64,000 bases of DNA from Leucoraja erinacea (GCF_028641065.1 NC_073390.1:37696001-37760000), one strand, 5' to 3'; positions 1-56,767 are shown, counted from the stretch's first letter. Translations and numbers: made by a program. Notes: a model not told the origin generated them from the sequence alone.

Positions 1-612
1 CATATCAAGAGGAGTTGAGTATAGGAGCAAAGAGGTCCTTTCTGCAGTTGTACAGGGCCATAATGAGACCACACCTGGAGTATTGTGTGCAGTTTTAGTC
101 CCCTAATTTGTGGAAGGACATTCTTGATATTGAGGGAGTGCAGTGTAGGTTTACAAGGTTAATTCTTAGGATGGCTGGACTGTCATATGCTGAGAGAATG
201 GAGCAGTTGGGTTTGTATACTCTGGAATTTAGAAGGATGAGAGGGAATCTTATTGAAGCACATATGATTATTAAGGGTTTGGACACGCTTGAAGCAGGAA
301 ACATGTTCCCGATGTGGGGGGAGTCCAGAACCAGGGGCCACAGTTTAAGAATAAGGAGTAAGCCATTTAGAACGGAGATGAGGAAACACTTTTTCACACA
401 GAGAGTTGTGAGTCTGTGGAATTCTCTGCCTCAGAGGGTGGTGGAGGCAGGTTCTCTGGATACTTTCAAGAGAGAGCTAGATAGGGCTCTTAAAGATAGG
501 GGATATGGGGAGAAGGCAGGAACGAGATACATTGGGGATGATTAGCCATGATCACATTGAATGGCGGTGCTATCTCAAAAGGCCGAGTGGCCTGCTCCTG
601 CACCTATTTTCT
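1..612 (+). mobile_element. CR1 LINE, 3' end of ORF2 and 3' UTR
   Basis: RPHLEYCVQF...LGLYTLEFRRMRGNLIE...FFTQRVVSLWNSLP motifs; tail ggcc..tggcctgctcctgcacctat. Confidence 0.9.
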
Positions 613-874
613 TATCAAGGCACAATTGCCAGCAATGATAAATGGCTGCTTTATTAAGATGTCATTTGTCTTTAGAAAATCTACATTGAACATATTAAAT
701 TAATGTTTGCTGATGCAAACGCACAATCTAAAAATATTTATTTTATGTCAGATCAGAATTTTGGTAAGGAAAGTGCTTCCATGGTTATTGTAACATAGTA
801 GCATGAATAATTAATTTGACATGAATAATCTCATCCTGACAACTATGCTGCTAGAAAGCAGTTTATAAACTTAC

Positions 875-44611
<43,737 letters not shown>

Positions 44612-44914
44612 CTCCTCAGCAGTCCTGCTGCCCACAAATTTGGGCTAGTGTTCCAAAATTTCTTCCTCTTGTTTTTGTGTAATCTTTCAAATAGTTTGAT
44701 TGTGCAGAACGTAATTTCACTTTCCTTTTCTTGTTTGATCTTTATGAACGACATTTTTGGGCAAATTCTAAAAAGAAGTGAGAAGTGTAAGAAACCGATA
44801 CCCGAAAGATTCACTTTTTACAATTGAAAAACTTCTGTTTCTGGAAGTTCTTCATTTCAGTCCACTCCCCTCCACCGTCTCAAAAATTGAAGGACTGCCC
44901 AATTACACTTCTGC

Positions 44915-46077
44915 CAGCTAATATGACCCCACTTTTTAAGAAAGGAGGGAGAGAGAAAACAGGGAATTATAGACCAGTTAGCCTGACATCGGTAGCGGGG
45001 AAGATGCATAAGTCAATTATTAATGATGTAATAGCAGTGCATTTGGAAAGCAGTGACATGATCGGTCAGAGTCAGCATGGATTTATGAAGGGGTAATCGT
45101 GCTGGACTAATCTTCTGGATTGTTGAGGATGTAACAAGTAGAATGGATAAGGGAGAACCAGTGGATGTGCTGTATGTGGACTTTCAAAAAGCCTTTTGAC
45201 AAGGTCACACACATTGTGCAAAATTAGAGCATGGTATTGGGGGCAAGGTATTGACGGATAGAGAACTAGTTGGCACAGGAATTGACAGGTCCTTTTCAGA
45301 ATGGTAGGCAGTGACTAGTGGGGTGCCGCAAGGCTCAGTGCTGGAACCCCAGTTATTTACAATATATATTAATGATTTAGACAAAGGAATTAAATGTAAC
45401 ATCTCCAAGTTTGAGGATGACAAAGCTGGGTGGCAGTGTGAGCTGCCAGGCGGATGCTATGAGGCTGCAGGGTGACTTGGATAGGTTGGGCAGATGCAGT
45501 ATGATGTGGATAAATGTGAGGTTATCCACTTTGGTGGCAAGAACAAGGCGGCAGATTATTAGCCGAGTGGTGTAGCAACGCAGATGCTGGTTTAAATCAA
45601 AGGTAGACACAAAATGCTGTAGTAACAAGAAGTGTCTCAGCCCGAAACATCACCTATTCACTATCTGAATGGTGTCAGATTAGGAAAAGGGGAGATGCAA
45701 CGAGACCTAAGTGTTCTTCTACATCAGTCACTGAAAGTAAGCATGGAGGTACAGCAGGCAGTGAAGAAAGCTAATGGCATGTTGGCCTTCAAAACGAGAA
45801 GATTTGAGTAAAGGAGCAGGAGGTCCGACTGCAGTTGTACAGGGCACTGGTGAGATCTCACCTGGAGTATTGTGTGCAGTTTTGGTCTCCTAATTTAAGA
45901 AAGAACATTCTTGCCATTGAGGGAGTGCAGCATAGGTTCACCAGGTTAATTCCCAGGATGGCGGGACTGACATATGATGAAAGAATGGATCAACTAGGCT
46001 TATAGTCACTGGAATTTAGAAGGATGAGAGGGATAGTAAAGAAATTATAAAATTATTAAGGGATTGGACAGGCTAGA
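44915..46077 (+). mobile_element. CR1 RT fragment with a pLTR piece inside at about 45581-45660
   Basis: [36 protein letters not shown] motifs with frameshifts. Confidence 0.88.
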
Positions 46078-46507
46078 CCACTGTCCAGTCCATCACCAGC
46101 TCTGAGCTCCCCACCATTGAAGGGATCTATCGCAGTCGCTGCCTCAAAAAGAATGTCAACATCATCAAAGACCCACACCATCCTGGTCACACACTCATCT
46201 CATCATTGCCATCGGGAAGAAGGTACAGGAGCCTGAAATCTGTAACATCCAGGTTCAGGAACAGCTACTTCCCCACAGCCATCAGGCTATTAAACACAAC
46301 GTCAAATAAGCTCTGAACAACAACAGTCTATTATTATTATTGCACTATATTTGTTTATTTATTGTGTATATATGGTCTATGGTCTACAGACACACTGAAC
46401 TTTTATCTTCCGTTTTGTATTATGTTTACATATTCTGTTGTGCTGCAGCAAGTAAGAATTTCATTGTCCAATCTGGGACACATGACAATAAAACTCTTGA
46501 CTCTTGA
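46078..46507 (+). mobile_element. Rex1/Babar LINE 3' end
   Basis: IKDPHHPGHTLISSLPSGRRYRSLKSVTSRFRNSYFPTAIRLLN; tail (ctcttga)2. Confidence 0.85.
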
Positions 46508-47440
46508 TAAAGTACAAAAATAATTTAATCACAGACTCATCGCAGATCCTTGTATGTTTACATTGCTTTAGTAAATCGCTTCAATTTATTTTGGAAGTTC
46601 AGCCCATCTTTAATTGTGCAGGTTGAGGGGCGTTTTTTTAAATATTTTATTCACTTTGTGCCCATTTTTGCATAGTTTTAAGTAATCACATGGGAAAAGA
46701 GACACCCACAGGAATAATTCTGAATTGCACACTATAACATTAGTCTTCTTTCCTTACGTTTATACTTATTCTTACTTTTGAAATATGTTTTATATTGTAT
46801 AACCACAAAGCACAGAATCAAAATTTCTTGCAAGATATCTATAATTTAGTGTGAACTTGTCGAAACAACAAGAAATCAGATTGTTAGTTAAGATTGAAAA
46901 CCATTTTCTTGACTTTTCCAAAAAACTTCTACAAGTTCCATCCATAAATATCCCATAGAATATCCTTTAATAATGCAAAGAAAATCTCAGACACGTGAAT
47001 TAAGCAGCAGCTGCAGACCAATCTTGTGGTATATTCTTTTCCCCTATCAATCTATCTTACAGTTTAGTATCGCCACCAGGGGCAGTGTTATCCACAAGCT
47101 TAAAATGACTAAAATATTAACCCCCTCAGTTACTGGTTTCAAAAATAATTCTCAAATATCGATCATTCAAAATGTAACAGAAATCTTAATAATCTGAACT
47201 TTTTCTATAATTAGGGCACCATCACAAATAAAAATTTAAATAGGTGGCACTGCAAAAATGAGCACAAAAATAATTTTACTGGTTTGAGGGTGTCAATTCT
47301 GTTCAATGATCAGGCATTAACAAACCCATCACTGCCACTGTATTTTTTACTATTTAACAATGCATTGATATAAATGCATTGAACATCCATATAATTCTAT
47401 ACAGTTTTATAAAAAGTACATCAAATAACTTATTCGCCTG

Positions 47441-47454
47441 CCACTAGATGGCTG
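47441..47454 (+). promoter_or_regulatory. CTCF-like motif
   Basis: CCACTAGATGGCTG; weaker same-strand matches near 47072, 47237 and 47599. Confidence 0.45.
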
Positions 47455-49897
47455 CATTGCAGGTAAGCTGGTATGAGGTTAGCTGGGATCTAACAGCTGT
47501 GATGAACTCAAACGTTGTATAACCACAGCCTGCAGCCTCTAATTTCTGTAACTTACACTGGTATGCATATTGTTTCTCAAGCAGTGTGCAGCATGTTACC
47601 AGCAGAGGGTTCTGCTGGATAATATGAACAATCTCACTCACTGATCAAGATTCAAGTCAGAGCTACAATAGGCATCCCAACTCAAAAGGAAATGTGTTAA
47701 TTCAGAATCTTAGAAGTCAACATTTCTTAGATTACATCTTTAGACATGCTTTCCTGCTAGACTTGGAAAATTGGCTGATGTCATTTTGTATTAGCGTGCT
47801 TTCTTTTATTTATTTTTTTAGGTTTTCCAATGGTTTGGCATTCTTGCATGTTCCCTGGACAACAGAAATTCAGCTTATTGTTTAACTGACAAGCCTGACA
47901 ACACAGCTGTAAATTGCAGGCAGTCATTCTTGCCACATCGAGCAAAGGAGCAGTAACAACCAACCCCCACCCTGTTACCAGTACACTCGGTGGACAGAAA
48001 AATTCAAGGCAGCATGACATTCTTGATCACAAACAAATCAGCAGCTATTTTCCTGCATGTTTTAAATAGAAACAAAACATGATTTATTTTAAGTACAAAA
48101 TAGCTGACTATCCAGATACAGCCAGAGATTCCTACCAAAAAAATGCAATTCTATCAATACTGACATGGTTCTGACTTTGCAGTAGTTTAGGACTCTGCAC
48201 ACACAAGTAAGACCCCAAAAGCCTCTCATTTTTTAACAGCTGATGTTGCATACAGAAGCTGTGAACTTAGTACTGTAACATAGATTTTGTTGGCAAAACT
48301 GCATGAGTTCATCTACTGAGCTCATGCCAGCTTAAATTTGGCACAGGTTGTGCCAATCCATCATTTCAATTGAGACGAGTGGCTGGGAGAGATAGACAAG
48401 TTATATTTTTTGAGGTAATTATGTTAATTCAGAACTTTTAAAGTTTCACATTTAACCACACTGATTTTTTTAAATCAAGTTTTAATACATAATTGATTTT
48501 AAGTTTGTGAACGTCAGACAACTACACAACTCTTTGACAGCTGTTCATTCTAAAAGTACGACTTCGTTGATTGCTAAAGTATTTTTGAATGGCAGGTTCC
48601 TGGCTCGTTAGGGCCTTGCCAATCAGGTTCCAGCCAGCTTCTTCGAGAAACTCTGCACCAGTGAACTTCCTCAAACCAATAGTTGGTTTGGTATATACAC
48701 AAGCATTGAACCTCAAGCCCTTGGGAGGAAATTCTAGGCTATTACTTTACTCCTTCCAGATAGCTCCTCCTTTGACACCACACACTGGCAGCACAATAGG
48801 ACATTTATATTAATAATACATTATTAACGCAAATAGCTTTTGGTTTTATCGACAGTATGGTTTGTAAACATATTACAGCCCTGAAGAGGTATTGAAAGTA
48901 CATGGCCAATACATATACAAGATAAAAATGTGTTAAGTATTCAACGGGTATGCGAGATATTCCCAAACTTTACACTATCCACAAAAATAATTAAATATAC
49001 AAAATAGCATCTCTACTTTCGTAGTTTATTATGTTGAAAACATTTGTCACCCACATAATAATTCAAGTACAGCCAAGCATTGAATTGATGCGTTTGATAG
49101 CTGGCATCATGCAACAAAGTGATCGATATCCTGAATACAGTGCACCAAATAACTGTGCTATCTCAACATGTAGGTGATGAATAGGATCCAATTCAAGTAG
49201 AGCTTTCTTCAACAGTAGAAACCCATTTATAGGTTGATGAAATCATCTTTGAAAGCAAACTCTATACTTATGGCCAGCATAAAGTGAAAAAAGAAAGTGA
49301 AAAATATTAAGCATTTAACTTGATTGTGGCATTTGGAGAAAAGACTACAGCACTTCAAATGTTTAGTTTTACAAATAAATATTCCTCATCGCAACAGAAA
49401 ATGACAAGAGCATTCCTTTTCTTGCATTATTTTTCCATCAAACTCTTGATTATAGAAACTCCTTGATTATTTGTGTACCTAATTCTTGATTATGGAAACT
49501 CCCATCATGTGAAATAGCAATCACAAACAATTAAAATAAGTGTAACCAAGAACTTTCAAATCAGCTTACACAAGATTAACTGATCGACACACCAGTACAA
49601 CAGATGCTTCAAAGATGGTCTGACCCTGTCCAATCCTGGTCTGACCTTGCTAGGTTAGTAAAACAAAGGGAGAAAGTCGTGAACCAAAATTTCCCACTCT
49701 CCTATTCAAATACACTACAAAAATAAGTACACAATACCCGATGTGAACAGATCCAACATATGTTTTGACTCCCATAATTATATAACTCACCAGTTTTGTT
49801 TATTGTTCAGATGCAAATAGTCATAGAACACAAAATCAATGGACTTAGTAAGGGGAAGGAAAGAGGCTGAAAGAAACAACTGTACCTTTCAATAGGT

Positions 49898-49987
49898 ACA
49901 CAAAAATGCTGGAGAAACTCAGCGGGTGCAGCAGCATCTATGGAGCGAAGGAAATAGGTAACGTTTCGGGCCAAAACCCTTCTTCAG
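49898..49987 (-). mobile_element. Penelope-like pLTR mini-insertion
   Basis: 14-bp duplication acctttcaataggt at 49884-49897 and 49988-50001. Confidence 0.85.
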
Positions 49988-49991
49988 ACCT
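49956..49991 (-). ncRNA. Minimal type I hammerhead ribozyme motif (PLE-associated)
   Basis: AGGU-CUGAAGA-A-GGGU(UUUG)GCCC-GAAA-C-GUU-ACCU: intact core boxes, helix II, 4-bp helix I, palindromic AACGUU in place of helix III. Confidence 0.65.
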
Positions 49992-50229
49992 TTCAATAGG
50001 TTTAGATGACTTTAGGTTTTTGTATAGGTCTGTGATTACAATTTATGACTGTACACTAAAATGATATAAATGTTTTGTAAGATAATTTACATTCATGTCA
50101 CACAAGATGCAACATTAAAATGTTTGTAAACTTTCTACACTTGTAGAAATCAATAGATATGGGGAGAAAAGCAAAATATACCTATTTATTACCTATTTAA
50201 GCCTCCTACACTCCAGCAGAAAATAAGAG

Positions 50230-50422
50230 CCAGTCCACAGAAGGCAGTGGAGGCCAAGAGAGAGTTAGATTTAGCTCTTAGGACTAAAGGAATCAAGGGA
50301 AATGGAGGAAAAAGCAGGAACGGGGTACTGATTTTAGATGACCAGCCATGATCATATTGAATGGTGGTGCTGGCTCGAAGGGCCGAATGGCCTACTCCTG
50401 CACCTATTTTTCTATGTTTCTA
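50230..50422 (+). mobile_element. CR1 3' UTR fragment
   Basis: gaagggccgaatggcctactcctgcacctattttctatgtttctat. Confidence 0.8.
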
Positions 50423-51597
50423 TCCAGCCTCTCCTTATCATCTCAAATCCCCCAGACTCAATAACATTCTTGCAGATCTTTTTTGCACTACAATTTAACA
50501 TCCTGGTGATTCAGTATCTGGCTCACAAGTGATGTTACTGCAATCCCTTGTGACTCACCTTCGTTCCCAAGCTCCTTGCAAACTTACTGGATTTACTGAA
50601 ACATTTATTATTCCAATGTGGACCTTCAAAACAAATCTGATTTAAAAGTGTGTCAGAATAATATGAACAATATCCCACTGTTCAGAAAATCTATGAGTTG
50701 GTCAAAGTCCTGAGTGTGCTGGATTAACTGAATTGTCCTTAGGAATCTAGCCTACGGATACTTCACCCCATAAAGTACATTCCCCTTTTCTCACTTCAGT
50801 CGTTCACATTTATTTCCTTTGAGTTTCCATCAAATTCTCTCTTGAAATTAGTGGTCATCTTTCACCACTTATTTGGACAATGAACTTCAGATTTTTACCA
50901 GTTGTAAAAACAATGTTCCTCACACGTTCACATCTCTTACAAAATTTTAATCTGCATCTCTAGTCCTTGCAACATCAACAAATGATAACAGCTATTTTCT
51001 GTCTTCATCATATCAGCCTGTCACAATCTTGTGCACTTCCTTTAAATCTGTCCTCAACATTCTTTCCTTCAATCTAACCTAGCCTGAAAAATCATTCTTG
51101 TACATTTCCTTTGCAACCTCTGACGGAATTTCACACCTTTCTGAAAGTGTGACAACTAAAGCTGATGCAGTACTCTAATTGTGGCCAAGTCAGAGCTAGA
51201 AAGAATTGAGACAATATAAAATAAAGCCTTCTGCTGAATGACAATGTGGTCATCTCTCAAATGCAGAAACATTTTGAGCGATGCTACTTTATCACCTTGG
51301 ATAAAGGAAACATTCTAGCAGACAACAGAATGGCTGATATAACGCACAAGTTCAAAAAAGAGTGCAAGATCATGCTTGACAACCATAGGTCAGTCCAATT
51401 AACCTAAATTGGGAAAAGCTGAACCATATTGAAAGAAAATGCAGCATTTGGAGGAGTATGAATAATAAAGGTACAACACTGAGTTATTAAAAGCAAATAA
51501 TGTTTGATGAATCAGATTAATTTTACTTTCAAGAGATTCAAAATTCAAGAGACATTTATTGTCACATGCACCAATTGGTACAGTGAAATAAGCCAAC

Positions 51598-51785
51598 AGA
51601 CACAAAATGCTGGAGCAACTCCGCGGGACAGGCAGTATCTCAGGAGAGAAGGAATGGGTGACGTTTTGGGTCGAGTCCCTTCTTCAGACCTGACCCATCT
51701 TAACCCCAAACGTCACCCATTCCTTTTCTCCAGAGATGCTGCCTGTCCCGCTGAGTTACTCCAGCATTTTGTGTCTTATCTTCCT
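51598..51785. mobile_element. Fold-back Penelope-like pLTR
   Basis: About 70-bp inverted arms agacacaaaatgctggag...gggtgacgtttt and aaacgtcaccc...cagcattttgtgtct. Confidence 0.85.
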
Positions 51786-52634
51786 GCACAGTGAAAGCTG
51801 ATTAAGAGAATGCAGTAGATATTTTTTTACGTGAATTTTCAGTGTTTGACTAATGTCCATACAACAGCTTTTTAACAAATTTCAGGCCTATGGAAGAAAT
51901 GGAAACAGCAGTGATATGTAATTAGTTTTAAAGCAGTAAACAGTATATTCCTTGCTATTCGTAACAGATTGGGGTATGGACTTCCTGCAGATCACAATAT
52001 TCAGATACTACTTGAAGACTATTCATAGAAAATGAAAATAACATAATGTTTTAAAACATTTAATGTTTTAATTGTATTGATGTGTATTAAATAACTAACA
52101 ATAATAGCTAGCAAACTACTTTCCATTGGAATTTACAAGCAGCGATTTTGAAATCACGAGGTGCAGCAGTGCAAACAAAGTCGGCTCTCTATTAGAACAG
52201 CACACAGCAGGGTCTGGAACCTATCACCATATTTATATTTTTTTCTAATGTGTACAAGAATAAAAGTGTTCCCAGGTTACGGCAGGGCACTGTTCCTGAA
52301 AACCATTCATAACACAAACAACTCAGGCTGGAAATGGCAGCACAACAACATTTAAATAAAACCAAGTACAACCAGGACGTTCAACTCAAGCATTCACATA
52401 TTGCCGCGAAGCACGTTCCCACATGGCAGAAAATGCCTGCAGCCACACAACAGCTGGCAAATCCATCCCTCCAGTCTCCTAAACATTCACATGTACAAAC
52501 TGTACATAAGTCGGGCGGGCATTCGTAACTTGCGGAAGATCTCTATAGACAGACATGTAAGAAATAATTTGATATGGCGCCTGGTGCTGAATCTGCAAAC
52601 TGTATATACCAATTCAATGGATAATTAGGATTAA

Positions 52635-52738
52635 GTGTAAGAAAGAACTGCAGATGCTGGTTTAAATCAAAGGTAGACACAAAATGCTGGAGTAACTCAG
52701 CGGGACACGCGACATCTCTAGAGAAGGAAGTGGTGACA
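52635..52738 (-). mobile_element. Penelope-like pLTR tail fragment
   Basis: gtgtaagaaagaactgcagatgctggtttaaatcaaaggtagacacaaaatgctggagtaactcagcgggac. Confidence 0.8.
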
Positions 52739-52913
52739 TAGGACAAGGCAGTAATATTTCCCAGGACACAGTACCAAAACCATTGTTTAAAAAAACAAAA
52801 GCAAATACCTTGGATAAGGGAGTACAGACTGAATTCTCCAATGCAAGTGACACAAAACTTAAGGTAAATGTCGCAATGCGTTCTTGAGCTAAGATAGGGT
52901 GCTATATGGAGAA

Positions 52914-53056
52914 GGTTACACAGAAAAGCTGGAGAAACTCAGCGGGTGCAGCAGCATCGATGGAGCTCCATAGATGCTGCTGCACCCGCTGAGTTTCTCC
53001 AGCTTTTCTGTGTAACCTTCGATTCTCCAGCATCTGCAGTTCCCTCTTAAACTAAA
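52914..53056. mobile_element. Palindromic Penelope-like pLTR insertion
   Basis: 110-bp palindrome at 52911-53020; 14-bp duplication tgctatatggagaa at 52900-52913 and 53057-53070. Confidence 0.88.
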
Positions 53057-53074
53057 TGCTATATGGAGAATACT

Positions 53075-53690
53075 GATATGCCTTCTGAGGCTCCAATGGC
53101 ATTGTAATCTCAGTCACTGAGACAGATATCAGTAGATTCTTCAGGAGGATAAACCCTGAGAAACCAACTGGACCTGATGGCATTCCTGGTCTTGTTCTCA
53201 AAACATGCGCAGACCAACTGGCTGGATAATTTGAAAACATTTTCGACCTCTCATTACTGAGATCTGAGGTCCTCATCTGCTTTAATAGGGCATCAATAAT
53301 ACCAGTGTCCAAAAAGAGTAAGGTGCTTCAATAACTAATGGCCTGTGGCATTAACGTTAGTGGTGAACATTTTATTTGAGAGAATGTTTATGGACATATA
53401 TCAACGCTCATCTTAGCAAATATATGAACTCACTACAATTTGTCTACTGCCACAATAGATCAACTGAGGATGCGATCTCATTAGCCCCCTACTCTGCTGT
53501 TTACTTGGACAAAAAAACAACTCTTATCAGGTTGCTATTCACAGGCATAACACCATTATCCTCTCCAAACCTGTTACAAAGCTCTGGGAACCAGGTCTGT
53601 GTGCATCCCTTTGTAACTGGATTCTCTACTTTCACATCAACAGAACAAATTGGCAACAGAATTTCCTCCTAGGTAACTATCAGCACAGGA
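53075..53690 (+). mobile_element. Rex1/Babar RT fragment
   Basis: [42 protein letters not shown] and LCNWIL motifs. Confidence 0.8.
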
Positions 53691-54013
53691 TGGGGACAAA
53701 TATGTCCCACCCATGTTTTGAGAAGTGGGCGGACAATGCGGATTTTGAAATTTAGTGTAAAAAAAATCTATTAAAATCTCCGCTTTCCGCGAGACAGTGT
53801 GGGTGTCACAGTTAGGCGCTTGTTAAATATCTCTATTAACATCGTATTAACACGATGTGTCACCAATTGTGATGTGACCTTCAAGTATTGCTGAAGGTAT
53901 TCACAGAGAATTTCTTAAAGCTGTCTGATGTGGGTACAATTACCATTTGAACTAATTGGATGTATTGGTGGATGGGAAATCCCCCCCCCCAAGATAAGCG
54001 ATTTCCGCCCCTG
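53687..54013. mobile_element. Probable hAT-type DNA transposon remnant (one TIR)
   Basis: Ends in gatttccgcccctg (CAGGGGCGG-type TIR) with ggggaca/tgtccc subterminal motifs; left TIR not found. Confidence 0.4.
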
Positions 54014-54193
54014 CAATTGCCGGCTCGAATTTGTGCCCTTCAACCCTGGTTCTGGAATTCCAATCCTGTCGGAGCCTGCAGATCCATTCCCATAGCCGAC
54101 GTCTGCAGCGGATTTAATTAGCACCCTGTGGCCAGAGCTCTGGAACTCCTGCTCGGTAGGAGCCAGCAGATTTGTTCCCATATCCCTTTAAAC

Positions 54194-54636
54194 CAGGGGT
54201 CGGCAACCGTGTTCGGTATAAGGGCCGGGACACATGCCTTAGAGCGGATGGGGGGACCACTTCTATCACGTATATACATGGATCCCGCCCCCGGATGGCA
54301 GGCATCAAATCACGTGTTCACAGAAGGTAGACAAAAATGCTGGAGAAACTCAGTGGGTGAGGCAGCCTCATGCAATCCATGCATGTCTCACCCGCTGAGT
54401 TTCTCCAGCATTTTTGTCTACCTTCGATTTTTCCACCATCTGCAGTTCTTTCTTAAACATGTTCACAGAAGGTGCGCGGCCATGCCGGCGGATTTGCTCG
54501 GGGCGCTCGGCCACGCTCAGGGAAGCACTGGTGGGTGGGCGGGCCGGATGATTAGAGAGACAAAATCCGCCTGCGGGCTGGATGATTCGGGTTACGGGCC
54601 GCATTCAGCCCGGGGACCTTAGGTTGCCGACCCCTG
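54194..54636. mobile_element. hAT-Charlie MITE containing a nested pLTR hairpin (54329-54459)
   Basis: 15-bp perfect TIR CAGGGGTCGGCAACC; 8-bp TSD ctttaaac/ctctaaac; gggccg subterminal motifs. Confidence 0.88.
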
Positions 54637-56767
54637 CTCTAAACCTTTCCTGTCCATGTATCTGTCCAAATTACTTTTATGGGTTGTTCATGTACCTGCC
54701 TCAATTACTTCCTACAACAGCCTGTTCTATATACGCACCACATTGTGTGAAAATGTTGCTCTTCAGGTTCCTAATTAATCTTTCCCCTCTCACCTTAAAC
54801 CTCTAGTTTTTGATTCCCCTACCCTGGGAAAAAGACTGCATTTAGTCTATCTATTCCACTCATGATTTCATACACTTTTATAAATTCTCCACACATTCCA
54901 GAGCTTTGAGTCTGACTGTTTATGGCATATTAGCAAATGAACAATCAAAACTCAGGGGTGCACAAAAGATTATAATTAGAGAAGCCCAGAAATATCAGAG
55001 AGACAGAGCACTTGCACATTAGCAAAAATCACCTCTGAGTGTGGAAGCAAGAATGAAAACAGATGTAAGAAGCATGAAGTAAAGACAAAATGCTGGAATC
55101 ACTCAGTAGTCAGGTATCTATGAAGAGATAAAGCTTTAGTTCAATAACTTTTCATTGGAAGAATGTAAAGTTCAGTTGCTGCCAGGCTGGGAGCCACTGT
55201 ACAGAATGCAATAGGAGAATGGTGTGTTGTTTAAGCTCGGATAGGAGATACAGAGTTTGGATGAAGACTAGTTTACAGTGGTTGGACAGAGGCAACCTGA
55301 AGAGCACAACATAAAAGTGAATTGTGGAGGATAAACTTAAAGTACTACATTTAGCCAGTGACTAGTGAAATCAGGAGTGTGTGGCATGCTGGGTCAGTTA
55401 TCCATTGACCGCATAATGCCACCACCACCAGCCAAACCACAACTTGGCCAAGGCCACTGGTGAGGAAACAATGAGGATCTGTGTTAGGCCATAGAGTAGA
55501 CCAGGGTTGACGTCAGGATTGGACCTTCACAGGGACAGAAAGAGGGAAGGGTCCAAGAGGGAGGGGCGAGAACAGGGTGAGAGAACAGCCAGTTCTCTCC
55601 TTCCAAACTTTGTTTGGTAGGCTTTCACTAATACCCATGTATTGTGGATTTCTAACATCAGTTGGCTTATACTGTGAGCCAACCAGCATCTGAGGCAAGA
55701 TTCCCCAGGAATGGCTCACAGACTTTTCTCAGAATTGAACATGGACATGAGGAGGACTTGAGAAAGGGTTGGAAAGGATGACCTAGAGGGGATATGATGA
55801 CCTAATTGGAGAGAAGGAACTGAGGATGGAATACAGACAGCCAGAGAAAAGAGGGTGAAGGGAAGGATTATAGTAGAAAGCTTTACTTTGTATCATCTTA
55901 ATCCCACGTCATATAAGTGTGCTTAATGATACTGGTTGGCTTCAAACACAGAGAGCAAGAGACACTGCTGCAAAATAAACACTGAAGATGTGCACAGAGA
56001 ATTTTTCTCAAACTGTGCCTCACAGACCATCTGACAATCCCCGACCCACAGAAGATAAAGAGTTTCTATAGCATCTAGATTGTCTTTAAATCCAGCAAAA
56101 GTAGCAAATATCAAGAAATTCTTGGCTCTTCTATCAGAAAACACTAGAATTGGCCTGATGAGTCCTGCATCTCCTGATCATTCAGTGTCCATATACTGAA
56201 AATTTGACTCTGCCTTACATATTCCGTTGTGCTGCAGCAAGCAAGAATTTCATTGTCCTATTTGGGACATATGACAATAAAACACTCTTGACTCTTGAAA
56301 TAAAAATAGTTATACAGACATGAAGGTCCAAAAAAAGAAAACCCATGACCTAAAACACAGGTAGCAAGTGGAAAGCGAGCCTAAGGTTCTCAACTTACTT
56401 TTCACCATAGCTGGCCCCATCAAGAGGCAAGATTGTATGTGAGCCTTTTGTTACCTTCCCATTGAAAACATTTTGGAATCCTGAACATGTGCAGTAATCA
56501 TTTCATTCCACAGATAGCTTTCAATTTAGCCTCAATACTCCCGATCAAATCAAAAAGGTCACATGACAACTAAAAAAATGAAGCTCAGTGGGATGATCAT
56601 ATTCTAAAAAAACTTGACAGAAATAAACATGAATTATAAATTATAAATAAAGTCATAAATTCACAACTTCATATTGCATGTCATGTGAGGAGAATGCAAG
56701 ATACAAACTCCAGGATCAGCACAGTCGTGAACACCTCCAATTATGATTACACGAGAGTTCTCATCAG

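Noticed and set aside
48540-48700. Possible alternative promoter (two CCAAT-like boxes, a few CpGs)
   Set aside because: The motifs are short enough to arise by chance, and no supporting exon structure is visible.
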